Part shown: one piece after another, positions 13,191 through 25,905 of the stretch
Layout: every line of letters begins with the position of its first letter
How positions within the stretch are numbered: the first letter of the stretch is position 1
NCBI GenBank assembly: GCA_951406725.2
Contig: OX597821.1
Span: 73,222,001-73,286,000 of the forward strand
Direction of reading: 5' to 3'
Source: Octopus vulgaris
Lineage: Eukaryota
Length of the DNA: 64,000 bases
The notes under the pieces: generated by a model
Seen by the model: the letters and a program-made list of their open reading frames with translations, nothing else
Database searches by the model: none
What the model was told of the DNA's origin: nothing
Position numbers and translations under genes: made by a program

Positions 13191-14134
13191 TAAAGACCCG
13201 TATTCCTGCTTATCATTGGAGCATTCAGACCCACAAAACTCACAATTTAGTGAATCCAACACTGCCAGCTATCGACCCATTTGCCAATTTTTATATTCCC
13301 CCAGAGCTGATACCTTGTAATATCTATTTACAGATCAATTGATCATAACCCAACGGTTCCTCAGCTTATTTTGTCGAGGAATCCTTCCACTATTTTCTCA
13401 AACACGCAGAATCCATATCAAAATTTACGCACAATTCTGTCACTCTCATTTTAAAAGCCATTAAATGAAACAAAATTTATTCTAGAGAGAAAATTTATTC
13501 ATTTAAAAAAAAAAACACAACTTATTTTGAAAATGGTGAATGCGATTTTTTTTTATTAGAGGGAATACAAAGGAGTGACAGAGAGAGAGAGAGGAAAAAT
13601 GGAAAGACAAGAAAAGACGTCAACAAGAAACTATGGCTTAACAACCAGCCAGGAACAGTCTTCGCTACATTTGCGGTACCTGCCAGAGGGAGTGTTTGTC
13701 CAGGATAGGACTACACAGCCACAGCAGGAAATGTATCAGGACATGAAATGTAAAAGCCAGACTAGACTACTTTATGCGCAACTCCATTGTCTCCCGAGAC
13801 AAAAAGGATGCCAACCAAGTATTAAAAGATACTTTTGCAAGCTATTATGAGAAACATTGTCTTAAGGTAAGTGTTTGCAATTATACAGACTGGAAACTGG
13901 GTTGTTTGTGGTGTTAGGAAACGAGCCGGTGACTTCTCGACTAACCTCGGTTCTCTAGATTCTCAATTACAACAACATAGATGATTAAATATTAATAAAT
14001 TATCATTTTTTTTTTTTTAGACTATTGATCTTTATCATTAGAGATGAAAAATTTCAAATCGAGTCAAACCATGGAACTAAACACCTGATGACGATCGTAC
14101 TTCCAACTGATCGAAACGAAATGTTAATATAAAT

Positions 14135-14542
14135 ACTGGTTTCTAATTTTGGCAGAAAGCCAGCGAGTTCGGGAAAGGAGACGAGTCGATTATATCAACC
14201 CCAGTGCTCGACTGGTACTTATTTTACCGATCCCGAAAGAATGAAAAGTAAAGTCGACTGCAGCGGAATTTGAACTCAGAACGTAAAGACGGACGAAATA
14301 CCTATTTCTATTTCTTTACTACCCACAAGAGGCTAAACACAGAGAGGACAAACAAGGACAGACAAACGGATTAAGTCGGTTATATCGACTCCGGTGCGTA
14401 ACTGGTACTTATTTAATCGACCCCGAAAGGATGAAAGGCAAAGTCGACCTCGGCTGAATTTGAACTCAGAACGTAACGGCAGACGAAATACCGCAAAATA
14501 TTTCGCCCAGCGCGCTAACGTTTCTGCCAGCTCGCCGCCTTA
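14135..14542 (-). mobile_element. Family-B SINE composite
   Basis: Two body units with different tails. Head cagctcgccgcctt at about 14540. Confidence 0.8.
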
Positions 14543-15543
14543 TCATGTCAACATAAATATTATCTATAAAAAAATATTTACCTTTATAAATAAAACATTT
14601 TTTTATATTTATAATTATATTTATTAAATATTGGTCCCGAAGCTAAAGGCACTTAAGTTTAGAAAAAGCAAAGGAAATTAGGGATTGTGGAATGCTCTCA
14701 GAGCATTAACGGCTCAGAGACTTTTTTTTCATATCTAAGGTTTTCAATCCATTCTAACCCAGTCACGATCTTTTCCCTCAGAGACCTTCTCAAGAAATAC
14801 AACGAAACACACAGAATGGGTTTAATTTTTTGAGCCATGACCAGAGAGAAAACTATATTATTCAATCAACCATCCTACTTAAACATTCTGGTAAAAGTGG
14901 AAAATATTTTTTAAAATTGGAAATGAAAATAAAAAGACAAATTATGATTTGTTGCTGAAAATGTTTGTTGTCGCTCTCGGATGAGTATTGTGTTCTTTTT
15001 CTTTTATTATTTAAGTTGGAATAACTGTGTATTTCTAACTCGAAAAAATACTTGGTTTTACGTTATATATATATATTGTCCTTAGTGATTGTGACGTAAC
15101 ACTTCAGTATTTTCGATTTTTTTTTCTATTTACTCTGGCAAGTGTCTGTATGATGGATTCTTAACAATATGAATGCAAGTTGAGCTTTGATCCCTTTTGT
15201 TATTACCGTTTTATTTTTTTCTCTCCGATTTGTTCCAACAAAACAGAAAAAAGTAAAAGAGAACCAGTTGCCGAAAGTAAATATTGTATACACACAAACA
15301 CACACAAACATATTTATCTTTCCTGCACAACGCGCGTGCAAATATGTGTGTTTTGTGTGTGTATTTATGTGTGTGTGTGCGCGCGCGTGTGCACGTATGT
15401 AGGCATTCATGCACGTAAGTATGGTTGCATGCATGTAAATATATGTATATGAATGTACGTATATATGTATGTATGTATGTATGTATTTATGTATGTATGT
15501 GCGTATGCATGCAAATATGTACGTATGTATATGTATGTATATG

Positions 15544-15585
<42 letters not shown>

Positions 15586-15591
15586 TATACA

Positions 15592-15624
<33 letters not shown>

Positions 15625-16392
15625 GTATGCATATATATGTATGTGTATGTGAGTATGCTGTATGGTATGTATACATGTGTGTGTGTGTGTGCGTGTGTGC
15701 ATGTATGTATGTATATATGCATGTATGTATAAGTACCCATGTATGTATATATATATATGCATGTATATATGTGTGTATGTATTATGTATATATGTATGTA
15801 TGCATGTATGTATGTATGTATGTATGTATGCATGTATGTGTGTGTGTATGTATTCACTCTGCTGTGGCACGTGGATGTTGTTCAGGTTATCCAAAGCGAG
15901 AGGCAAAAGGACAAGTGTTAACGAGAACCGCATAAATCTTCCGCCAGATTTGTTAGATTTAATGACACCTCATGTTTCAAATAGCTTCAAATTCAATGAA
16001 TCAACGACACCAAATTATATTTCGTACATTGTTTAATTGCGGATATGTGTATCTAAGTCTACCTATGCATATATGTGTGAGTGTTGAGTTTGGCTATGTT
16101 TACAGATAGCCGTTGCTGGATGAGTGAGTGTGTGTGTGTATAAATGTGTGTTCGACGCCGACATAAAAGCAAAAGGAGAGTGGATGCGTCTACCTACGAA
16201 CCTGTGTGGATGTGCAAAATGCCTGGAAGAGAGTCGGCACGGTAAGAGATTCTGGCTGGCGAATTGGCCGAGTGGTTTTAATGCCAGACAGAACGCCTCG
16301 TGACATTTGTTTCAGTTCTTGACATTCTCGGTTCAAACACTACCGAGAGCAACTTTGCTTTTCCTCTTCCCGGAGTCAATAAAATAGTTGAT

Positions 16393-16898
16393 TCTCTCTC
16401 TCTCTCTCTCTCTCTGTCTCCCTCTCGATCTGTCTGTCTGTCTATTTGTCTCTCTCTCTCTCTCCCTCTGTCTGTCTGTCTGTCTCTCTTCCTCTGTCTG
16501 TCTGCCTGTCTCTCTGTCTCTCTCTGCCTGTCTATCTGTCTCTCTCGTCTCTCTGTCTCTCTCTCTCCCTCTGCCTGTCTATCTGTCTCTCTCGTCTCTC
16601 TGTCTCTGTCTCCCTCTGACTGTCTATCTGTCTCTCTCGTCTATCTCTCTCTCTCCCTCTGTCTGTCTCTTTGTCTCTCTGTCTCTCTGTCTCTCTCCCT
16701 TTGTCTCTCTGTCTATCTGTCTCTTTCTCCCTCTCCCCCTCCTCTCTCTCTCCCTCTATCTGTCTCTCTGTCTCTCTCACCCTCTGTCAGTCTGTCTATT
16801 TGTCTCTCTCTCTCTCCTTCTGTCTGTCTGTCTGTCGCTCTTTCTCCCTTTGTCTGTCTATTTATCTGTCTCTCTCTCTCCCTCTCCCCACTCTCTCT
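16393..16898. repeat. Degenerate (CT)/(CTGT)n polypyrimidine tract
   Basis: Direct reading. Confidence 0.95.
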
Positions 16899-18776
16899 AC
16901 GTGACGCCGTAAAAAGAGTTGTAGAACACTATGTCGTCTCTCCCCCCCCCTCCAATGGGCAAAAGTTGAGCGATGAGCAAGAGACCTTTACTCACAGAAA
17001 AAGAAATAATATCCCAACAAGAACCGCTGGAAAATGGTCCGATCTCCACAGCAGCACGGAACTGAAATTAATTAAAGAACTGTAACTAGAAGAGTCTAAG
17101 TACCGGAGCATTACGTGTATATGCGCGTACCGGCGTGTATTTCTAGGCACGTGTGTGCGTATGTGTGTAGTTGTGTACGTCTCTATGTATGTATATGTGC
17201 GTGTGTGCTATCAAGAAACGGGTCATTAGAGATTACCTGTACGTTTAAAACCAAAATTGTTAATGTTGTACTCAGGTTAATTAGTCTCTGGAATTCTTCT
17301 GCCACCGTGCGTTGCATAAGCCCAAACTCAATCATACATGCAGTTAAAGTTTTTACTATGTTTTTACTGTGTTTTTAATTGTTTTTTTTTTCTAGTTTGT
17401 TTTCTAGTTTTACTATATTTTTTCTAATTTTTTTCTAGTTTTACTAGTTTTGTACTAGTTTTTTTTTTTTCTACTGTAATATTTTTATTTCTCCCATAAA
17501 AGAGAATTCCTACCTGGTTACTAGATGGTAATCTGTTGATTTCTGAACGTTTCCGATATCTAATCAATCCTGGTGTTATCGAAGAAGTAGGCATTAAGAA
17601 ATACTGTGAATCAATCCCTCGCAGAATAAGAAGAAAAAAAAGCAATATTTAAATATCAAATTTTTCTTCTCGATAAAACGAAATATGTTAAAGAAGAGTA
17701 AAGCATTCCGGAATAAAATATGTGTGGCAGAACAAAAATTCTAATCATTTAAAATGGAGGAAATGTGCAACAAGCAGCAACAATGTCAGTGCTTACGAAA
17801 AACAGCAAACGTGACCGAAGAGGAGAGAATTCTGTAAAAGAAAATATTCGTAAAGTTTATTTTGTGTTCGTCAAAATAAAACCGAAATTGTTATAGGCCA
17901 TAAGGCATCTGAAAGAAAACATTGCTTGAAATATGCAGAACAAGAATTTTCACTAAGCAAGCATACGAAAATTGTGAAAGAGTCGGTTTGCAAAGGTATG
18001 ACTCTGTGTCTCTTTATCAAGTGTGGATTCACCTGAAATTGGATACAGCTCTGACAATTACAAGTGGTTTCCATTTTGTTGAAATTTTCAAGGCTTAAAG
18101 GTTTCATCTGTTTTGTATATTGCGTGACTTGTTGAATTCATTTCTTATCCAAAATCAAGTTTCAAGAGCCAGTCTAGTTCTGCATGTCATGTGACTATGA
18201 TTCACACCATTTTAAACATATCGCTTTCTTTCTTTAGAACGTTACTCTTTCCTGAAGCCAGTATTTTTTTAACCATTTAAGGTAAACACTTGTGATCTGA
18301 AGACGCTGCTGTACCCTGTCTCCGAATGCAGGAATCGATGTCTCTTCAGGTGATGAAACCAGATCAGTAGAAAGATCGGTGCTGGAGGATTTGTCGGAAC
18401 CAGGGATCGTTCGATTAGGAATCTTGAACAAGTTACGAAAGAGAGAAAAGATGCTGCAGAAAACTGTTAGGATCTGGTGAGAAAGCGAAGCATTCGATCT
18501 GGCTCAGGCGAGACGACGGGTGGAGCAGTTAGAAGGAACGTTGAAGGTTATAGAAGAATCTGGCTCAGCCATAGCATCTGGTTCAACAAAACCCTTTATG
18601 TTGCAAAGGCCTTTTGTCGCCTTCATCGGTAGGTGGCGCCAGGCAGCTCTGGTGTTGCGGCGACGGGGATCAAAATACCTACAGACCTGCTTCGCCGCCT
18701 AATGAGATATCTGTCATTCTTGCATCCGGCAATAGAGAACGGCAGCATCCTTAGCACACAAGAAACCATAAACACA

Positions 18777-18877
<101 letters not shown>

Positions 18878-18971
18878 GTATTAGTTTAAAATAAGGGGTA
18901 TGTAGCCGAGTTCACTAAAGGACCTTTTCTGTGGATTATATAAATCCATTTATTGTGCATTAAATATACAG

Positions 18972-19041
<70 letters not shown>

Positions 19042-20039
19042 ATACATATATATACATGTGTAAGATTATAATTAAGGGTATCTAAAATATGTCACCACAC
19101 TAGATATAGCAGCCAAAACTTGACTCTAAAACCACATTAAATGTTCATACAGCGCCTGGAGAGAAGTTTATTTTGTCTCTTTGTCTTACGCTTGGTCTGA
19201 GAATTGACAAGAACAATGAGAATAAGATTATAATCCTTAATCACGCTTATTCCCAAAATTTACTAATTACCCACGTCCTAAACTTGCCCGTTTGAGCTAA
19301 ACTATGGATAATATTAAGTAGATTAGATTGTGAATTAACTCTACACACCAGAAGTTCATCACTTTAGCATTTCAACTATTTTTTCAACTCAATGCCCTTT
19401 AGATAAGGGTAAGCTTTATTTGACAAGTTTCTGGCGAACTGCTCAACGGTCGTACCTTTTACTGTTATCACTCATGTTGGCGTAAAGAAACTGAACACAG
19501 AGGGAACTTGTAAGCGGCCAGTCGATCTGCTAGAAATAACAGCATTCAACTATCTTAAAGAAAGGAAAGAGATCGTTAAATAATCGTAGTTTCAGATACC
19601 CATAATATAGGGTGGTCACGGCTAGAATCCCTATGCTCATAGATTTGCTCAATGAAGAGTAACCCGGGCTTAAATATAACAACATCTTGAACATCAAACT
19701 CTCCTACTTTCTTTTTCCTTATAAACCTAACTTTGTGTTTTAAACTAATTATCGCAGTTAAGTAAGGTGTCTATCGTTAATTGTCATACGATAATTTTGT
19801 TAAGTAGTGGCTGATTGTAATAATCGATGGAAATTACTCTCAAATCATACAATATAAATTATGGCTTAATTTCTTTCTAGATCTATGAATTAATTACGTT
19901 ATTGAAGTGAAGAAAGAGTGGAACTAATGAAGCAAGTCTCTTTACTTCATTATCTCATTTCAATTCAGTGACAACTGATGAAGAATTTCAGAAGTATTCC
20001 TTCAACTCAGACAGCATTTGATATTCTTTTCTACTCTAG

Positions 20040-20702
20040 GCACAAGGCCCGAAATTTTAGGGGAGGGGACCAGTCGATTAGATCGACTGGTACTTAATTT
20101 ATCGACCCCGACAGGATGAAAGGCAAAGTTGACCTCGGCGGAATTTGAACCCATAACGCAAAGACAGACGAAATACCTATTTCTTTACTACCCACAAGAG
20201 GACAAACAAGGACAGACAAACGGATTAAGTGGATTACATCGACTCCACTACGTAACTGGCACTTATTTAATCGACCTTGAAAGGATGAAAGGCAAAGTCG
20301 ACCTCGGCGGAATTTGAACTCAGAACGTAGCGGCAGACGAAATACCGCTAAGCATTTCGCCCGGCGTGCTATCATTTCTTATTTCTGCGTAACTGGTACT
20401 TATTTAATAGACCCCGACAGGATGAAAGGCAAAGTCGACCTCAGCGGAATTTCAACTCAGAATGTAACGGCAGACGAAATACCTATTTCTTTACTACCCT
20501 CAAGGAGCTAAACACAGAGGGAACAAACAAGGACAGACAGACGGATTAAGTCGATTACATCGACCCCAGTGCGCAACTGCTACTTAATTTATCGACCCTG
20601 AAAGGATGAAAGGCAAAGTCGACCTCGGCGGAATTTGAACTCAGAACGTAACGGCAGAGTATTTCGTCCGGCGCGCTAACGATTCTGCCAGCTCACCGCC
20701 TT
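20040..20702 (-). mobile_element. Family-B SINE multimer (about four partial body units)
   Basis: ggatgaaaggcaaagt(c/t)gacctc(g/a)gcggaattt recurs four times. Head at about 20700. Confidence 0.85.
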
Positions 20703-20869
20703 AGAGCATTTCAACGAGTTTAGAGAGAACGAGTTCACTTAACGCTACACCTTATTCCAGTCAGAGCAGAAGAGAAGGTCCAGCGAGCTGGTAAATATTA
20801 TTTCAACATGAAACATTCTTTATGCATAGTTCATTTCAATGAAATATCAACCAGCATCTTGTTCGATTT

Positions 20870-21027
20870 GTACCCCCATCGAAGACAATTTGGATCGTGT
20901 TGATCAATCCTGCAAGAAAAAGGTGGTCTCTCGGGATGAATTTTCACAATTCATCGCATAATTTGGTCAGACACGGCAACATTTCATGTGAATGTAGACA
21001 CCAATCGACACAAATGTGTGTTTTAAA
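20870..21027 (+). pseudogene. Tc1/mariner transposase relic
   Basis: 20958-21027 reads IIWSDTATFHVNVDTNRHKCVF*, close to the IIWSDEAxFHLNGxVNRHNC catalytic block. Upstream EDNLDR resembles EDDxDRR. Confidence 0.6.
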
Positions 21028-22505
21028 TTGCAAATAATTCTCGTGAAACTTTAAACAAATAATCTGGATATTCTTGGAATATGTTTTTCAGTTTCAATTT
21101 GCATTTCCAGTGTTCTTCATGTCCAGATGTTAGCAGATAGTTTATGGTCTGGTCTTAAATTTCCTGAAGATTCCCATTTTCCTAATTTCTTCTCGAAAAT
21201 TAAAAAAAATTGTGAGTTTCAATCATTAGCGAATTAACTAAATTTATATCTTGTTTTGGGATTTGGTTTGCAAGATTCTTTAAATGAGTTCGTGTGTTGA
21301 AGCATATTCTGTTGTGTCTGGGGTGGGTCATTTTCTTTTTGTGCCTTATAATGAAAAGGTTGCAAGACGCAACGAAAATTTAAGGAAAATAAAAATTAAA
21401 AAATAAGTGGAAATTTTACCGGTGAGTGTGTTAAATTATAAGGCACTAAAAGAGAATGGCTCTCCCCAGACAAAATAGAATAAATTTATATCTAAAAGCT
21501 TGTTAATCAGCCCCAAGGCTGCAAATCTGTTTGGTAATATAATGATCATGTTTTGAACATTTGATTCGATTATAGAAGCTTTTGATGTTTTTTATTTAAT
21601 AAAAACCTAGTTTTTTTTTTATGAAAGTGTTCTCCATTAGTTCTTGTTAGTATTTGCTATCTGATGACTATTTCTGGTGGATTTTGCATATTGCGTACAT
21701 CCACGTAGACGGAGAGTTTAGAAAGAGAACACACCTCGTATAACTATTTTGTAAAAAAATTTATTATTTCTTTCTGCGATTATTTGTTTTCGTCTGAGAG
21801 GTCGTTTCCTTTACTATAATCACAATTTCAATTTTCCTTTAGTTTCCAAATTCACTGACATTATAAAAAATAAACTCCAATTTACTGACGTTAGTCTATA
21901 ATTTGGTTTCCAGTTCTATATTAGAAATCAGTAATGTCTTCTCAGAGACCTACGTTAAATATTTCCAGTTTGATCAGCGTCTTAAGATTCAATGAAATTT
22001 ACCAATCATAAACTTTACACTGACATCACGAAATATCATTAGCCTAGCGTGAGCAGATCGTGACTGTATTGGTAGACTTGAATATTATTTTTTTATAAAA
22101 ATAACTATGATGAGGTTAAGTAACAGGAAACAACGTTTATATTTCGAAAAGGAAATGTGAAAGTCGAATCAGTACGACAAAATACGACAATGGCGAATAC
22201 TCAACATGACGCCATGATGAAGATTATGAAAAAGGATAAGTATTTTATTATAAACATATATTTGTCAGAAATTTAAGATCAAAATGTGGTATAGAATTTC
22301 CTGATGAGAGTTGAAATAGGCATTTATTGCTGGTCGCTGAAACCAGAAGCAAAGTTGATTGTGGAATCAAAGGCCTAAATTCAGAACCTAAAATAAGTCA
22401 TCGGATAAACCACAAATTAATATCAGACTCCAACATGAAAGCTTATAAACATATAAACATCTAAACCTACAAACATACGGGAGTCAATCAGATAATGTTA
22501 GAAAT

Positions 22506-23291
22506 CTTCTTCTTCTTAATCCTTTTTGCTCCTTGTGGAGCATAAGGCCCCAACAGTTGTTTTCCACTTTTTGCGGTCATTGGCATGTTTCTTGGCTGCT
22601 TCCCATATCGTCCAAAATGCTCCGCTTCCATGTCTGCTTCGAGCGTCCTCGCTTCCTTTTCCCCTGCGGGTTCCAGTCAAGTGCTTGTTGTGTCACATTT
22701 GAGGGTTCTTTCCGCAGTGTCTGTCCGATCCATCTCCATTTCCTTCATCTAATCTGAACATGTATGGGTTCTTGTTTGGCCCTTTCCCACAGGTCGGTGT
22801 TTGAGACTCTGTCGAACCACTTCAGATGGAGGATCTGCCAGATACATTTGTTGATGAAGGTCTGGATCTTCTTGTAGCTGTTGGAGGTGGCTCTCCATGT
22901 TTTAGAGCCATACAAAAGCACAGATTTTACGTTTGAACTAAATAAGCGGAGTTTAGTTCGAGTTGAGATGGCAGTGGATCTCAGATGATCTCGCGCTACT
23001 GTCAAATCGCCTGCAAGACATACAAGATAAGGTAGACCACCTGACAGAAACTTCACGGCGAGTGGGCTTGAGGATCAGCCGGGAAAAGCCAAAAGTGCTG
23101 CGTATCAACAACAAGCAGGAAGAGCCAATCACAATCGAGGGGGAACCTGTGGAGGATGTTAGTGAGTTTGTCTATCTTGGCAGCAAGATCAGCAAATCAG
23201 GTGGATCAGACGAGGACATCACGGCAAGAAGCAAGAAGGCTTGGCAAGCCTTCGCTATTCTTCGGCCGGTATGGAAGTCCACTGCCGTCTC
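22506..23291 (-). mobile_element. RTE-clade LINE 3' fragment with 5' inversion
   Basis: Minus-strand KLRLFSSNVKSVLLYGSKTW and a (AAG)n tail at 22506-22517. Plus-strand DDLALLS...FVYLGS at 22980-23291. 12-bp TSD aatgttagaaat at 22494-22505 and 23292-23303. Confidence 0.88.
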
Positions 23292-23799
23292 AATGTTAGA
23301 AATGCAACCAACAGCTTAAGGAACAGATAATCTAACACTACCTGGAAATATAAAAAAACCGAATAGTTTACTCCTTGGTTATCATTTCCAACTTAACCAC
23401 CCATAATCCGATTGCACTGTAACGAAATTCAGTTTCAAAAATATCAATGATTTCCTTGTTCAATCAACCATGAATAACACTTATATAGAATATGCTAAAA
23501 AAAATAAATACAAATAACATAAATTAAACTAATCAACTTAGATGCTCTCCATACATTGCCGTATATGTGGAAGATATTGAGAAGCAACTAGTTATGTCCA
23601 AACAATAATATATACTGACCATTCGTAAACATTTAATGTCCAGATACACACACATTCAAAATCAGAGGTGATTAGTGATCGAATCACAACCAAAAGTGAA
23701 CTCACCCAACTCGAATATCCTTAATAACAAATAACGTGAAATCGAATTACCAAATAAATAACTTAATACCCATAACCGAACTAACATTTCTATTGTACA

Positions 23800-24700
23800 T
23801 ACCAAGGTCTATTCCCCATTTTTAGGGGGGGTAGCCACAACAAGACACACACCTGACATTCCATTCATTTTCCCAGCTCAAAAAGTTGAGCCCAGTTCTA
23901 TGCTCCGGTCAAGGCATAGAACGCAACCCCCAATGTCAGCAGCGGTACCCGACAACATATGCTGGCTTACCCCTACCGCATCATATTAGTTCTGTACTCC
24001 TTTGAGCAACATCAAATTCACTCATCCATCCACAAACACTCTCTAATTTTTCCTATCATTTATAATCTCTCTTGCCTCTCTCACTGCAACACCTCTAACC
24101 ACCAAAGCTTTCCTCACTCCATCCATCCACATAAACCGAGGTTTGCCTCTGGTTCTGCTGCCTAACACTTCAGCCTTCATCACCCTCCTTCACCATCCAC
24201 TCCTCATCCATCCTCTCCATGTTGCCAAACCACCTCAACATTCGTCTATCCAATTTGGTTGTTAGTTTTTCTCTCATTCCTACTCGTCTTTGCACCTCCT
24301 CATTCCACAGTCTATCCATCCGTGTCACACCACCCATAGCCTTCAAACATCTTATCTCAAACGTCTCTGCACCATATAACATTGTCGGCACAATCACGCC
24401 CTCATACACACCTCCTTTCGCTTTCATACTCAATCTTTTATCCCTCAGAATACCTTTCACAACTCCAAGTTTCTTACTCCCCTCCCTCACTTTATATCCC
24501 ACCTCCTCACCCAGCCCCCCCCCTCTACCGTTACGTGTGATCCCAGATACTTAAAAAACACTCACCTCCTCTAACATTTCACCATTTATACTCACATCCA
24601 TCCTACCAGCCATTCCATCTCATCACCTTACTCTTAGCTACATTCACTTTCAGTTTCCTCCTCTCACACACTCTTCCAAACTCTACCACCAGTCTCCTGC
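23800..24700 (-). mobile_element. RTE-type LINE 3' fragment, decayed
   Basis: ORF 24170-24502 KAKGGVYEGVIVPTMLYGAET...LRWFGNMERM. Upstream CERRKLKVNVAKSKVM and FKYLG motifs in other frames. Left boundary approximate. Confidence 0.8.
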
Positions 24701-25759
24701 CTAGCTTGAGAGGCGACTAAAAGGGACAAGAGCGAAGGGATTCGGAATCTTCTCTTCCTAGTAAATTCATATTCCTAAAAAGACGGCAAGAAATTAACAT
24801 TACTCACCGGAAAAGTTTTTTTTTTCTGATTGTTTATCTCCTGGATGTGCTGCGGCCAAAAGAGGCCGGACTAACCTGAATACAGTGGAAGTAGCAGTAA
24901 TCAACCAATGAGAAGCGTCGAGACAAAACATATATTAACCATCCAAGAACATTCTTTTTCACCTTGACCCACACACAGTCTCTCTTCGACCGTAAAGACG
25001 CTCCTTAGCGAATTCTATAATTTTATAATTTCACGCATATCTAAGCACTCACTTTATTATTCTTAACATCTTAATTTACCTTCTAGTTTTCAATCAAAAT
25101 TGTTTCTTATTCTTTGAAAATTATTGTTACCTAAGTTCCGAATACGGTGAAATTTCTTAATCTTTTAGCTCCAAAACTCTTTTGGTATAATCATTTCCTT
25201 CAAAATACTTTGCGTTCTCATTCCATGCTCGTTATATCATACCAAACTGAATTCATCAATCTTATTGCACAAATTGGTAATCTAGGACCTATTGCATATT
25301 TCCATCGTAACGTCGTGGTAATTAACTTTACTGTTCTTCTTACCATTTCTGCCGGTTTCTGAATTCCTGAGATATATTTTATGTATTATATAATCAAAAA
25401 ATTCAAATATATAAATATACAGGCACAGGAGTGACTGTGTGGTAAGTAGCTTGCTTACCAATTACATGGTTCTGGGTTCAATCCCACTGTGTGGCACCTT
25501 GGGCAAGTGTCTTCCACTATAGCCTTGGGCAATAGTGGATCTACAATATTGGCGCTCTGAAGCTTAAAATGTTATGGGGGCCCCAGCAACTGAAGGGTAA
25601 CATCCAAGGGTCACAGAATTTTTGCGCCCTTGGAAGGAACTCTAGTTTGAGGATCTGATAGCCCAAATGGTGGAGTTGTGATATGGAGTCCTTAAAAATG
25701 AGTCTGAAAGTGAGCCTTCTTTCCACCAGAAACGAAGTGTAGGTAATCACCGATATCTT

Positions 25760-25905
25760 TACTTTCTGAGTTCAAATTCCGCCAAAGTCGACTTTGCCTT
25801 TCATCGTTTCGGGGTCAATAAATTATGTACCAGTTGCGTACTTGGGTCGATCTAATCGACTGGTCTCCTCCCCAAAAATTTCGGGCCTTGTGACTAGAGT
25901 AGAAA
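25760..25905 (+). mobile_element. Family-B SINE fragment nested in the hAT element
   Basis: ttctgagttcaaattccgccaaagtcgactttgcctttcatc... Confidence 0.75.
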
